Positions 1 through 10,405 of a DNA stretch of 64,000 bases are shown in pieces. The DNA is from Patescibacteria group bacterium (GTDB lineage Bacteria; Patescibacteriota; Microgenomatia; Levybacterales; UBA12049): contig JAMDAA010000018.1 in assembly GCA_023484045.1 (NCBI GenBank), forward strand, positions 4 through 64,003, written 5' to 3'. Made by a program: the position numbers and the translations under genes. The first letter of the stretch is position 1. The number at the start of each line of letters is the position of its first letter. The notes beneath the pieces are model-generated. The model worked only from the letters and a program-made list of their open reading frames with translations. It made no database searches and was not told where the DNA came from.

Positions 1-240
1 GGGACATGAGGAGACACGGGGAATTTTAGCATTTGCAAAAAATGTATATCTGTCCTTGATTTGTTATGCTCTCAAGCTCTTTGACATTGCTATATCAATC
101 TAATGGGAGTATTGCACCAGACTCGTAATTGTCAATATATATGTAAATATATATGTCAACCTTGCAATATCCCAAAATACAGAATAAACTTAATGATAAG
201 GGGAAATGTGTTCCCCGAAGTTTAAAAAAAGAGGGGGGGG

Positions 241-270
241 CCTGCCCCCCGAAGCTTTAGCGAAGGGGGG
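241..270. repeat. Short GC-rich palindromic element (CCTGCCCCCCGAAGCTTTAGCGAAGGGGGG)
   Basis: Imperfect hairpin with the same CCGAAGC...GCGAAGG core as copies at ~34945-35005 and ~53920-53947. Confidence 0.7.
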
Positions 271-278
271 TGAGAAAA

Positions 279-470
279 ATGTATAAACAAATTTATAATT
301 ACTTTAAAAAACACCCGATGTATAATTCTCTCGTACATGTTACGATCGGCGTTGGGATCGGAATTTTAATAACCTATCCTTTTATCGGAGCGCATCCGTT
401 AAGATGGGGAGGAATAATACTTTTAATCGGAATTATTGGACATATCTATCCGGTTTTCCTGAAAAAATAG
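279..470 (+). CDS. Small two-TM membrane protein, hypothetical
   Basis: ORF with two hydrophobic segments; ATG at 279 preferred because the GTG at 270 lies in the palindrome. Confidence 0.7.
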   Translation: MYKQIYNYFKKHPMYNSLVHVTIGVGIGILITYPFIGAHPLRWGGIILLIGIIGHIYPVFLKK

Positions 471-480
471 AAATTAAAAG

Positions 481-900
481 TTAAGAAAACATTTGAGAAA
501 TTCTTAATCCTTCTAATTCTGGATTTTTTAATATAGAAACTATATCGGAGGGTTTTAATGTCGTTTTAATAGTATACCTAAACGGATGTTCCGGTGAACA
601 TTTTCCCGATACCCATCCTACATATGTACCACCTTTTATATCAACATAAGTAACATTACCTTTTCCAATATTTACACGGATAAACTCTCCGTCTGATACA
701 ACCAGACATGGTTCCGTATCTGCTGATCCCGTTATTTTATCAAGTCTTTCTGTAGACAAATAAGCAGCAACAGTAATTTTTCTACCTTTTTCACCGATTC
801 CACTTAAAAATTCACCGATCGAAACGTGACCGATAGCCCTGATTGCCCGATCGCTAAATCTATAAGTCTCAATCTCCGGAATTCCCGTTAATGTTTCCAT
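481..900 (-). CDS. Hypothetical protein
   Basis: 139-aa ORF from ATG 900; no recognisable motif. Confidence 0.55.
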   Translation of the reverse strand: METLTGIPEIETYRFSDRAIRAIGHVSIGEFLSGIGEKGRKITVAAYLSTERLDKITGSADTEPCLVVSDGEFIRVNIGKGNVTYVDIKGGTYVGWVSGKCSPEHPFRYTIKTTLKPSDIVSILKNPELEGLRISQMFS

Positions 901-1000
901 TCGGGATAATTTAACACAAAAGATCAAATAAGTCAATGCTATAGGTTATTTTAATATGATGTTGACTTGTCCGATATAAACCAATAATATAATATTAGGC

Positions 1001-1882
1001 ATGCAAAATAAAAAAGGCCAGCATTATAAGAGTTTAAAAGACAAGTGGGTCGGAAAACACAGAGAGATTCAGAAAAAATTGTGGTCCAAGCATTCTGAAT
1101 CTTTGAATTGGCTCGCGAATAATTCAAAACAACTTGCAGTCGGATCAGCGGCCGCGCTCGCGCTTATGAAACCGATTTCATCGCCCGCCATCCCGCCGAC
1201 AAACCTTTTAGCGTCGGCCGATCAATACAAAAAAGAAATCGATAAAAATGTTTTCTTTATATCCGATCTCCAAAAAGTTTTACCGCAGAATGTAACTCCG
1301 TTAACGCCCGACCAGGAAAAAAATATTTCCGATATTTTTTCGAGATATTTCGGAATAAAAGCGGTCGGAGAGTTACAGGGCATAAGATTGAATCGAAGTT
1401 ATGGCCTTATCGGCGCTGAACAGCATCTTGCGAGATACCCTGGAGACAATATGAGTGTGCATTTTGACACTGAAGATGAAGCCCGAAGGTACGGGCCGGA
1501 GGGAATGGCACCGGGTTTAGGCGGTTGGGGTTATTTTGCAAATTCTAAATCCGAATTTACCGATGTCGAAAAGGAACGGGAAAAATGGTATATCGCGGTG
1601 CAGACATTCTTCGCACCCGGTTACGAAAGTGATGTAAAAAAATATGTCGATTTTTTCGGGATGCGGAAAATGTTAGTTGTTAATCCTGAAAACGGAAAAG
1701 CGGTCGTCGTTGTGATCGGGGATGCGGGACCGGCTGAATGGACAGGAAAACACTTGGGTGGTTCGCCCGAAGTAATGCAGTATCTTGAGCGCGTTGACGG
1801 CCCGGCCAGAGGACCTGTTTTATACTTTTTTGTCGACGATCCGAACAACAAAATTCCGTTAGGACCTGTTAAAATAAAATAA
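1001..1882 (+). CDS. Conserved hypothetical protein, possibly with a double-psi-barrel-like C-terminus
   Basis: 293-aa ORF; C-terminal VVNPENGKAVVVVIGDAGP resembles RlpA/DPBB-type strands. Confidence 0.7.
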   Translation: MQNKKGQHYKSLKDKWVGKHREIQKKLWSKHSESLNWLANNSKQLAVGSAAALALMKPISSPAIPPTNLLASADQYKKEIDKNVFFISDLQKVLPQNVTPLTPDQEKNISDIFSRYFGIKAVGELQGIRLNRSYGLIGAEQHLARYPGDNMSVHFDTEDEARRYGPEGMAPGLGGWGYFANSKSEFTDVEKEREKWYIAVQTFFAPGYESDVKKYVDFFGMRKMLVVNPENGKAVVVVIGDAGPAEWTGKHLGGSPEVMQYLERVDGPARGPVLYFFVDDPNNKIPLGPVKIK

Positions 1883-1885
1883 AAT

Positions 1886-2221
1886 ATGAAAAAGAAAAAA
1901 CATTTTTACAGCGACCTTGTCGAAATCGAATCATTAATTATTGAATTGAACGATTTGGACCTGGAAGAAGGGGAGAAAAAACATCTGGTCGAACTCGCGG
2001 AAAGCAATTTGCACCACGCTATAATCGGTTGTGTTTTATCGGAATTAAACGAAGACGAAAAAAAAGTTTTTTTAGCCCACCTGGGCTCTGACGATCATGA
2101 TCGAATCTGGAAATTACTGAGCGAAAGGGTCGAAAACATCCAAGAGAAAATTAAAAAAACGGCCGAAGCCTTAAAAGACGAGCTCAAGAAAGACATCAAA
2201 GAAATTAAAAAATTAAAATAA
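1886..2221 (+). CDS. Hypothetical helical protein
   Basis: 111-aa charged helical ORF, 3 bp after the previous gene. Confidence 0.7.
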   Translation: MKKKKHFYSDLVEIESLIIELNDLDLEEGEKKHLVELAESNLHHAIIGCVLSELNEDEKKVFLAHLGSDDHDRIWKLLSERVENIQEKIKKTAEALKDELKKDIKEIKKLK

Positions 2222-2761
2222 GTGTTCGATCAAAATTTTAATTCCGATTCCGATTAAAATTATCCCGCCGATAATTTCTGTCTTATCTTCGGACACGGAT
2301 GAAAGTTTTTCACCCAGCCAAAAGCCGATAAAACAAAGCAAAAAAGTTACAAAACCGATCACGGAAACCGATATTAAAAGCGGAACTTTTAAAAATTCAA
2401 GGGTTATTCCGGTAATAAGCGCATCGATACTCGTTGCTAACGACATTAAAAATAACATTTTATAATCCAACAAATTTATTTTTTTCTTATTTTTATTTTT
2501 GACAGAATTATAGATCATCTTTAAACCGACAGAAGAAAGAAGAAAAAAAGCGACCCAATGATCATAAGGTCCGATAAATTTATTTAAGCTCTCACCGATA
2601 AACCAACCGATAAGAGGCATAATAGCCTGAAAAAAACCGAAGAAAAAAGCGATTCTGATAACGTGGTGTATTTTGGGTGACTTTACGGCTGCGCCGCCCG
2701 CGATGCTTAAACTAAACGAATCCATCGAAAGACCGATGGCGATAAAAAATAATGACAACAT
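2213..2761 (-). CDS. mntP: Manganese efflux pump MntP family
   Basis: Motifs IAIGLSMDSF, FGFFQAIMPLIGW and LATSIDAL; six TM segments. Confidence 0.92.
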   Translation of the reverse strand: MLSLFFIAIGLSMDSFSLSIAGGAAVKSPKIHHVIRIAFFFGFFQAIMPLIGWFIGESLNKFIGPYDHWVAFFLLSSVGLKMIYNSVKNKNKKKINLLDYKMLFLMSLATSIDALITGITLEFLKVPLLISVSVIGFVTFLLCFIGFWLGEKLSSVSEDKTEIIGGIILIGIGIKILIEHLF

Positions 2762-2763
2762 TT

Positions 2764-4053
2764 TTAATCTTTTTTATTTCCCCACACGGACTCGATTTTC
2801 TTAAGCGCTAAAATGTAGGACGCCTCACGGAGTGTAACCTTGAACTTTTTACTGGTTTCAAAAACGTTATCGACCGCTTTTTCCATTTTTTGCTTTAACT
2901 TTTTGAATACCTCATCTTTACTCCATTTTTCGTTATGAAGATTTTGATACCATTCAAAGTAGCTTACCGCGACTCCGCCCGAATTAGCCAGAATATCGGG
3001 AATTACTGTAATTCCTTTTTTAGACAAAATTTCATCGGCTTCTAAAGTTGTCGGACCGTTTGCCATCTCAAAAACTATTTTTGCCTGAATTTTGTCCGCG
3101 TTTTCTTTTGTTATAACGTTCTCAAGTGCCGCGGGAATAAGAATGTCTACCGGAAGCTCGAGTAATTCTTTCGGAGAAATATCTTTTCCCCCTCGTTTCT
3201 CGCGGTTATTTATATCGCATACCGAACCTACACAATAACAGCCTGCCAAGAATCCTTTCGATTCTTTATATTTCTCCAGATTTTCTATGTCTGATATTCC
3301 GTCCGGAATATAAATTCCGCCCTTTGAATCGGAAACCGCGACTATTTTAAAACCGTTGCTTTGGAGAAAAGAGGCGATATAACGCCCGACGTTGCCAAAG
3401 CCAGAAACAGCAACCGTCGGATTTTTTTTGTCAAATTCCAGTTTTTTAAGTGCTGCGGCAAGCGCGTACATTCCGCCCATTCCGGTCGCTTCTTTGCGGC
3501 CCTCTGATCCGCCTTTTTCAACCGGTTTCCCCGTAACGACTGCTAAGGCATCTTTACCGTTTAATTTCGAGTATTCGTCCGCGATCCACGCCATAATTTT
3601 GGAATTTGTGTTAACGTCGGGCGCCGGAACGTCTTTATGGGGCCCGATCACGTCTTTTATTCTCTTTGTAAAAAGCCTTGTTAATTTTTCGAGTTCTCCT
3701 TCTGACAAAGTTTTTGGATCGACCTTGATTCCGCCTTTCCCGCCGCCGAACGGAACATCGATCAGGGCGTTTTTCATCGTCATCCAAAAAGCCAAAGCTT
3801 TTATTTCATCCAAGTTTACATTTTTATGATACCTGATTCCGCCTTTATACGGACCCAAAATATTATTGTGCTGAACTCTAAAACCTTTAAAAATTTTTAT
3901 TTCGCCGTTGTCCATTTTTAAGGGAAGCGAAACCTCGACGATTCTGTCCGGCGCTTTTAGCACCGAAAAAAGCATCACGTTAAGCGATATTTTTTCGCCG
4001 ATCGTTTTTAATTCATTTAGCGATCTTTTCCAGGGATTATTATTATTTTCCAT
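2764..4053 (-). CDS. gdhA: Glu/Leu/Phe/Val dehydrogenase (glutamate dehydrogenase)
   Basis: Motifs GPYKGGIRY, PFGGGKGG, DVPAPDV, GFGNVG, EMANGP and NSGGVAVSYFEW. Confidence 0.95.
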   Translation of the reverse strand: MENNNNPWKRSLNELKTIGEKISLNVMLFSVLKAPDRIVEVSLPLKMDNGEIKIFKGFRVQHNNILGPYKGGIRYHKNVNLDEIKALAFWMTMKNALIDVPFGGGKGGIKVDPKTLSEGELEKLTRLFTKRIKDVIGPHKDVPAPDVNTNSKIMAWIADEYSKLNGKDALAVVTGKPVEKGGSEGRKEATGMGGMYALAAALKKLEFDKKNPTVAVSGFGNVGRYIASFLQSNGFKIVAVSDSKGGIYIPDGISDIENLEKYKESKGFLAGCYCVGSVCDINNREKRGGKDISPKELLELPVDILIPAALENVITKENADKIQAKIVFEMANGPTTLEADEILSKKGITVIPDILANSGGVAVSYFEWYQNLHNEKWSKDEVFKKLKQKMEKAVDNVFETSKKFKVTLREASYILALKKIESVWGNKKD

Positions 4054-4091
4054 AGCAAAATATTTTACCACAAAAAAACCTTAAATCCTAT

Positions 4092-5720
4092 TTAATTCGA
4101 AGGAGTACAGCGAAGCGTCGGGTCTTGACCCGTAGCTATACATTGACTCGTTTCAACACAACAGTCGCTTCCGAGCACGCATATGCCGGCATCCGGGATG
4201 CAAACCGGTGTAGGCGTAGGAGTTTGCGTCGGCGTTGAGGTGGGTGTCGGGATCGGAGTATTTGTAGGAGTCGGTGTATTGGTCAGAACAGGTGTGTTCG
4301 TAGGGATCGGGGTAAGCGTTGGTGTATTCGTTGGAGGAGGGGTGTTGCAATAAAACTGCAGACTCGGAGAGAACGGGGAAAATGTGTTGCACGATGTACA
4401 GGTCGAATACGCCCATTGTGCGTAATAACTTTGTCCTTCGCTGAATATAAACCCACTCGTATAGGATTGGGTTCCGGGATTATTCGGATTGGAAGGAGTT
4501 ACTGTGTTATTAACCATCTGGTTTCCGCCGCCCGACGTTCCAACCGTAAACGCAAATTGTTGAGCACTTTTAATAACGGAATTATTATTATATAAAAACT
4601 GCACTTGCCATAAGCCGTTGCTTTTACCGACGCACGTGTTTGTCATGCTGTTTGCGGGCGGGACCGGCGGAACGTTCTGCGCGTTAATCGTTAAAATTTC
4701 GTTAACCGCAGGCGCCGCGACGGTTATTATTTGAGACGAGGTCGTGGTGTTTCCGTTTGTTATTAAATAAGCTTGTATATCGTATGTAACTCCGTTTGTC
4801 GCCTGATTCCAATTCCAGGAAACGTCATCTGCGACCGGAATCCCGCTTAATACCGTATTGAACTGAGATGTTCCACTCTGGCGCGTCGCGATCGAATAAG
4901 TGCTATTTTGCGGGATAATTCCGTTATGGTCTATCGTCCCTGAAATCGAAACTAATGTCGGTCCTCCGGGCGGAACGGCGGTTGAATTTATTCTTAATGT
5001 TTCATTGTATGCCGGCGCCGCTGTTGTTAAAATTTTGGATTGGGAGATCGTCGCATTGTTTAAAATAAGATAAGCCTGAACATCATAGGTTGCACCACTA
5101 TCTGCTTCGTTCCAGCTCCAGGTAATACCGTCTTTTGCGGAAAGACTGCTTACAATCGGGTTAAACTGGGACACGCCGCTTTTTCTCGCCGATATATTAA
5201 TCGTTGCTCCAACCGGCACATATCCGTTTAAATCGATCGATCCGGAAAGTGTCGACTTTTGCGGCTTCTGGGGAGTCGCCTTAGAATTAATTCTTATAAC
5301 CTCACTGTCTGCCGGAGCGACGATTATTTGAGAGTCTGACTGTCCGATTTTATTCCCATTTTGCATTAAAAAACCTTGAATTTCGTACGCGACGCCCGAC
5401 TGAGATCCATCCCAACTCCAAACCGCGCCGTCGATCGGGGAAATATTTGTGATAACCGTGTTGAAATTTGACTCGCCGACTTTTCGCGCGAGAACCGAAA
5501 TCGTGGAATCACTCGGCGCGACCCCGTTAAAATCGATCGTACCCGAAATCGAAGATAAACCGATCGATTCCGATCCGCCCGAAGAACTATTTTTGTTATT
5601 TCTGTTTTGAAAATAAAAAATTCCGAAGACAAGCTGTATCAGTATAAGCACGAAAACCGCGATACCGATCACAGTTATATATTTTTGGTTCACACCAGCA
5701 CTACCAGAATTTTCGTCCAT
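4092..5720 (-). CDS. Membrane-anchored surface protein with three tandem ~100-aa beta-sandwich-like repeats, a Pro-Thr stalk and a Cys-rich tip
   Basis: N-terminal TM; three copies of ISG(T/S)ID.NG...W.W...G..Y.IQ.YL...AP...E...IN; (PT)n run; six-Cys tail. Confidence 0.85.
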   Translation of the reverse strand: MDENSGSAGVNQKYITVIGIAVFVLILIQLVFGIFYFQNRNNKNSSSGGSESIGLSSISGTIDFNGVAPSDSTISVLARKVGESNFNTVITNISPIDGAVWSWDGSQSGVAYEIQGFLMQNGNKIGQSDSQIIVAPADSEVIRINSKATPQKPQKSTLSGSIDLNGYVPVGATINISARKSGVSQFNPIVSSLSAKDGITWSWNEADSGATYDVQAYLILNNATISQSKILTTAAPAYNETLRINSTAVPPGGPTLVSISGTIDHNGIIPQNSTYSIATRQSGTSQFNTVLSGIPVADDVSWNWNQATNGVTYDIQAYLITNGNTTTSSQIITVAAPAVNEILTINAQNVPPVPPANSMTNTCVGKSNGLWQVQFLYNNNSVIKSAQQFAFTVGTSGGGNQMVNNTVTPSNPNNPGTQSYTSGFIFSEGQSYYAQWAYSTCTSCNTFSPFSPSLQFYCNTPPPTNTPTLTPIPTNTPVLTNTPTPTNTPIPTPTSTPTQTPTPTPVCIPDAGICVLGSDCCVETSQCIATGQDPTLRCTPSN

Positions 5721-5771
5721 TAATAAAAGTATTAATCCAAAAACATGTTTTGTCAATAAAGACTATTTCAT

Positions 5772-5810
5772 GCTACACCCTCCAGGTGTTATGACTTTAC
5801 ACCTATTCTT
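5772..5810. repeat. REP-like palindrome at the 3' side of a Y1 transposase
   Basis: CTACACCCTCCAGGTGT...ACACCTATTCTT; related to 6529-6547 and 55907-55946. Confidence 0.6.
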
Positions 5811-5819
5811 ACCCAATTC

Positions 5820-6491
5820 CTACTCTAGAGTTAAATGTTTAACGTGCTCTAATTCTTTTGCGTAGCTAATTTGATCCATAACAAACCTCTTATAATCTAT
5901 GTTTGACTTAAACATTCTCAATACCAATTCTTTTTCTGCTATATTTTCGTTTAATAAAGAAATATATTCCGGATATGAGGACCAGAGATAACTATCAAGT
6001 TGCTCTATTTTTATAATACTAGAAACTACTGGATTTAAATGAATATAACGAGATAAATGAATCAGTTGCTCATCGCTTTCCACATAGACTGCTTTAAAAG
6101 TTCCTTCAAATAATGGTCCAGCCCTTTGAATCTTAGTATTGAAATACCTCGTGTACGCATTTGTAAAATTTGCCACGAAAGTGGTTATTCCTTTATCTAC
6201 GTTTTGTTTTAATATAAAATGAAAATGGTTAGGCATTAAACAATAGCTTAATATATCAACCAATTTTTCGCTTTTATATAGTTTTTCCAACATATTCTTT
6301 TTTGCCTCTTCTGGTTGTTGGATTAATTGAGAAAATCTTATTGGAATATCTTTATGCCTATAAAATTTAATAAGTTTTTGAGCTCTGTCAAATTCTCTTT
6401 TATTACTAAAGATAGATTTTCTTTCTATGCCTCGATTAAATATGTGGTAAATTTCTGCATTTCTAAATACTAACTTTCTGTTTGTTGCCAT
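5820..6491 (-). mobile_element. REP-associated tyrosine transposase (RAYT / IS200-like Y1 HUH)
   Basis: Motifs YHIFNRG, YCLMPNHFH (HUH), GPLFEG.F, YIHLNPV and Y.WSSY. Confidence 0.92.
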
Positions 6492-6528
6492 AAAATAATA
6501 ATAAAGGGGAAAAGAAGACGTGTCAAGC

Positions 6529-6547
6529 TAAAACACCCTAAGGGTGA
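6529..6547. repeat. REP-like palindrome (CACCCTAAGGGTG) upstream of the RAYT gene
   Basis: Perfect CACCC/GGGTG stem. Confidence 0.65.
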
Positions 6548-6632
6548 TAAAAGTATTTTTGCTTATAAATCATTGTCTTATTTTTGGTATAATTGGGTAT
6601 AATTGTGTTACCGCTTGAGGCGGTTTTTTATT

Positions 6633-8477
6633 ATGACAGATATACGAAACGTTGCGATTATAGCGCACGTCGACCACGGAAAAACAACGCTCGTCGACGC
6701 GCTTTTAAAGCAATCTAAAACAAAATTACATAAGGACACGACCGAAACGCTCATTATGGATAGTAATGAGCTCGAACAGGAGCGGGGAATTACAATTTTT
6801 TCCAAAAACGCCTCTGTTGTCTGGAATCCTTCGTCCGGCTCAGCCGGATCAGGACAAGTTATAAAGATAAATATTATCGACACTCCGGGTCACGCCGATT
6901 TCGGCGGGGAAGTCGAAAGGGTCTTAAAAATGGCCGACGGATGTCTTTTGTTAATCGACGCTAAAGAAGGACCGATGCCAAGAACCCGGTTTGTTTTGAA
7001 AAAGGCGCTCGAGATGAAACTTAAAATCATCGTCGTTATAAATAAAATTGACCGGCCCGATGCGAGAATTCCTTATGTGTTGGATAAAACCCTCGATTTA
7101 TTTTTTGAACTCGGTGCAGACGACACGACTGCTGATTTTCCGATCGTTTACGCAAGCGCAAAAATGGGAGTCGCCGGTCTTGATGAGAATATAAATGAAA
7201 TGGAAGATATTTCTCCTGTTTTTAACGCTATTATAGAACACATTCCCAGACCCTCCGGAGATATTAATAAACCTTTACAAATGATGGTCGCGTCGATCGG
7301 AAGCGATCTACATAAAGGAAGGATCGCGATCGGACGAATCTACAACGGTAGTATCAAAAACGGGCAGGAAATCATGTATATAAATAGAACCGGACACAGA
7401 GAAAAATACAAATTAACATCTCTAATGACGTATCAGGGACTCGATCGGGTCGAAACACAGGATGCGCCCGTCGGAGATATCGTGGCAGTAACCGGAATTC
7501 CCGATGCGACTATCGGAGAAACAATCGCAGACAGCATAAATCCTATTGCTTTACCCGTTATCGATATCGAGGAACCGACGATGCAGATAAAATTTATCGT
7601 TAATGATTCCCCGTTTGCCGGAAGGGAAGGGGAATTTAAAACCGGAAGAGAAATCAGGGCAAGATTGTATAAAGAACTTGAAACCGATGTCGCGCTAAGA
7701 GTCGAAGACGATACCGAAGGCGGCGGCTGGATCGTCTCGGGCAGGGGAGAATTACACTTGGCAATACTTATCGAAAGACTAAGACGGGAAGGCTATGAGT
7801 TCCAGGTCGGACGGCCAAAAGTTATCGATAAAGCCGTAGGCGGTGAAAAATTGACGCCTTATGAACGCGTGTTTATCGAGGTTCCCGAAGAATTTAGCGG
7901 AATCGTCATGCAGAAAATGGGCGCAAGGCACGCCGAGCTTCAGGATATGAAAGCCGACGGCAGTATTACATATATGGAATTTATCTCCGCGACAAAAACA
8001 TTGTTTGGATACAGAAGCGAATTTACAACCGACACACGGGGCTTGGGAATTATGAATATAAGTTTTTATAAATACGACGTTGATAAAGGTTTTACGAGTC
8101 AAAAAGAACAGGGATCGCTCGTTGCCCACGAATCAGGCGTTACAAATCTCTACGGATTAATAAATACCCAAGGTCGGGGAACTCTTTTTATCGGCCCGGC
8201 TGTTGAAGTTTATAAAGGTGAAGTAATCGGGCAAAACGCGAGAGAAGAAGACATAAAGGTAAACGTGTGTAAAACAAAACAGCTCACCAACAACCGCTCA
8301 AAAGGAGAAGGAGTTTCAGAACATTTTAACACCCCAAAGATCATGGATTTAGAAGACGCACTCGAATACATCGGAGACGATGAGCTGGTCGAAGTTACCC
8401 CAAAAAATATCCGTATCAGAAAAAAAATATTAGACGAGATCGAAGAAAGGAGAAAAAGATCCCAGGGAATCCGATAA
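6633..8477 (+). CDS. typA: Translational GTPase TypA/BipA, with an in-frame palindrome insertion
   Basis: Motifs [40 protein letters not shown] and ELVEVTP. Confidence 0.97.
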   Translation: MTDIRNVAIIAHVDHGKTTLVDALLKQSKTKLHKDTTETLIMDSNELEQERGITIFSKNASVVWNPSSGSAGSGQVIKINIIDTPGHADFGGEVERVLKMADGCLLLIDAKEGPMPRTRFVLKKALEMKLKIIVVINKIDRPDARIPYVLDKTLDLFFELGADDTTADFPIVYASAKMGVAGLDENINEMEDISPVFNAIIEHIPRPSGDINKPLQMMVASIGSDLHKGRIAIGRIYNGSIKNGQEIMYINRTGHREKYKLTSLMTYQGLDRVETQDAPVGDIVAVTGIPDATIGETIADSINPIALPVIDIEEPTMQIKFIVNDSPFAGREGEFKTGREIRARLYKELETDVALRVEDDTEGGGWIVSGRGELHLAILIERLRREGYEFQVGRPKVIDKAVGGEKLTPYERVFIEVPEEFSGIVMQKMGARHAELQDMKADGSITYMEFISATKTLFGYRSEFTTDTRGLGIMNISFYKYDVDKGFTSQKEQGSLVAHESGVTNLYGLINTQGRGTLFIGPAVEVYKGEVIGQNAREEDIKVNVCKTKQLTNNRSKGEGVSEHFNTPKIMDLEDALEYIGDDELVEVTPKNIRIRKKILDEIEERRKRSQGIR

Positions 8478-8484
8478 ATAAATC

Positions 8485-9663
8485 TTATTCAACAAAAGTC
8501 AACGCGACGCCTTTTTTGTTTACCCGGCCTGTTCTTCCGATTCTATGAATGTAGTCCTCGTAAGTTGCGGGCATGTCGTAATTAATAACGTGGCTAACAT
8601 TTTCGATATCCAAACCGCGCGACGCTACGTCCGTCGCCAAAAGTATCTTAATTTCGTCTTTTTTAAATTTATCAAGCGTCTTTTGTCTCTGGTTCTGATT
8701 TTTATTTCCGTGAATCGCCCCCGCCTTAAAACCCCTCTTGACAAGCTCGTTTGTGAGCCGTTGAATTCCCCATTTTGTCCTGCCAAAAATAAGAACTTTA
8801 TTAAAACCTTCTTTTATTAATAAATCGTGCAGTTGATCCACTTTTTTATGCTTGTCCAAAACTTTAACCACGCCTTGATCGATATTTTCGGTTATATCCT
8901 GCTCCTTAACAGAAACCGTAACCGGATCGTTAACAAATCCTCGGATAATTTCTTTAACTTTTTGCGAAATAGTCGCAGAGAAAAAAAGCGATTGACGGTC
9001 ACTTGGAAGAAGAGAAATAAAATATTTAATATCATTAATAAAACCGATGTCGACCATGCGGTCTGCCTCGTCGAGAACAACGCTTTTAAATTGCGACAGA
9101 TACAAATTTCTTTTTTGAACAAGGTCTTTTATCCTTCCTGGAGTACCGATAACAAAATTAAAATTCTGTTTTAGTTCGTTTTGCTGTCTTGTCATACTCA
9201 TTCCGCCGATACAAAGAACCGTGCGGATTCCCAAACCCTTTGCGAAACCGCGTAATTCTTCGTATATCTGCAACGCCAATTCACGAGTTGGAGTAACGAT
9301 TAAGACTTTTTCGGTATTGTTGCTAAAAACCTTATTAACAAGAGGAATAAGAAAAGCCGCGGTTTTTCCCGTTCCGGTGTTTGCGATTCCGATTACGTCT
9401 CTTCCGGCAATAATACTTGGGATCGCCTTATCCTGAATCGGCATCGGGGATGTATACCCTTTATATAAAATATTATCCTGTAATTGCTTAACGAGCGGAA
9501 AATCGATAAATCCGTTACTCGGAATATATTGCTCTTCCGCATATACTTCTTTTCCTTTTTTTATGACCTCCACCGAACGGATCTGCCGGGCAAGCGCAAT
9601 ATTTGACTGCGCAGGGCGAAACGGCTTTCTTTTAAATTTTCTGTGAGTATTATATCTGTACAT
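8485..9663 (-). CDS. DEAD-box RNA helicase
   Basis: Motifs ANTGTGKT, PTRELA, TPGR, DEAD, SAT and HRIGRTGR. Confidence 0.96.
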   Translation of the reverse strand: MYRYNTHRKFKRKPFRPAQSNIALARQIRSVEVIKKGKEVYAEEQYIPSNGFIDFPLVKQLQDNILYKGYTSPMPIQDKAIPSIIAGRDVIGIANTGTGKTAAFLIPLVNKVFSNNTEKVLIVTPTRELALQIYEELRGFAKGLGIRTVLCIGGMSMTRQQNELKQNFNFVIGTPGRIKDLVQKRNLYLSQFKSVVLDEADRMVDIGFINDIKYFISLLPSDRQSLFFSATISQKVKEIIRGFVNDPVTVSVKEQDITENIDQGVVKVLDKHKKVDQLHDLLIKEGFNKVLIFGRTKWGIQRLTNELVKRGFKAGAIHGNKNQNQRQKTLDKFKKDEIKILLATDVASRGLDIENVSHVINYDMPATYEDYIHRIGRTGRVNKKGVALTFVE

Positions 9664-9908
9664 GATATTTTGAAATGATTAAAGAAACAAAACTGCTTAA
9701 ATAAATGTGGATGTTGTAAGAGGGAAAAGATACCTTTTTAAAAATGAATTTCTGAAGTTATTTATCTTTTGTCTAAACAAAACTGTCCAAAATTAAGCAG
9801 ATTTATTACTTCAATCTGCAAACTAATGATGAGTATAACACAAACGGTAAGTGAAAGCAAATAACTATAGGTTAAATAAGTAAGTAATATTAATAGTCTC
9901 GTAAGGAC

Positions 9909-9937
9909 TTGACAAATGGATAAAAAAAGGTTATAAT
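9909..9937 (+). promoter_or_regulatory. Sigma70-type promoter of the MarR efflux operon
   Basis: TTGACA, 17-bp spacer, TATAAT. Confidence 0.8.
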
Positions 9938-9964
9938 ACCGAACACTTTGATTGACTAACTATT

Positions 9965-10405
9965 ATGGAATCAAATATACACAATAAATTAATCGAAGTC
10001 GTGTTTAAAATATCACGCCTCGCAAGAGGATCCATGAATTTTAATTCGACGAGTTCACACTTAACATTCCTCCAATTACAAACTTTGAGTTTTTTGAAAA
10101 AAAAGGGCAGATCCCAAATGGGAGAAATCGCCGACGAATTTTCAATAACTATGCCTACAGCTACAACACTCTTAGACAAATTAGCCGATATGAAACTCGT
10201 TTCGCGGGAAGAAGATTTAAGAGACAGAAGAATGGTAATCATTTCATTAACTCCGTTTGGAATCAAACTTTTTCGGGAAGCGATGAAAACGCGCGACGAA
10301 AAAATCGAAAAAATGTTGACTTATATAAATTCGTCTGACAAAAAACAATTGCTCCGGATTATGAAACATTTAGTTAAAGTACTTGAAAAAAATTATGAAA
10401 AATAA
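9965..10405 (+). CDS. MarR family transcriptional regulator
   Basis: Winged HTH with LVSREEDLRDRR...LTPFG. Confidence 0.92.
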   Translation: MESNIHNKLIEVVFKISRLARGSMNFNSTSSHLTFLQLQTLSFLKKKGRSQMGEIADEFSITMPTATTLLDKLADMKLVSREEDLRDRRMVIISLTPFGIKLFREAMKTRDEKIEKMLTYINSSDKKQLLRIMKHLVKVLEKNYEK

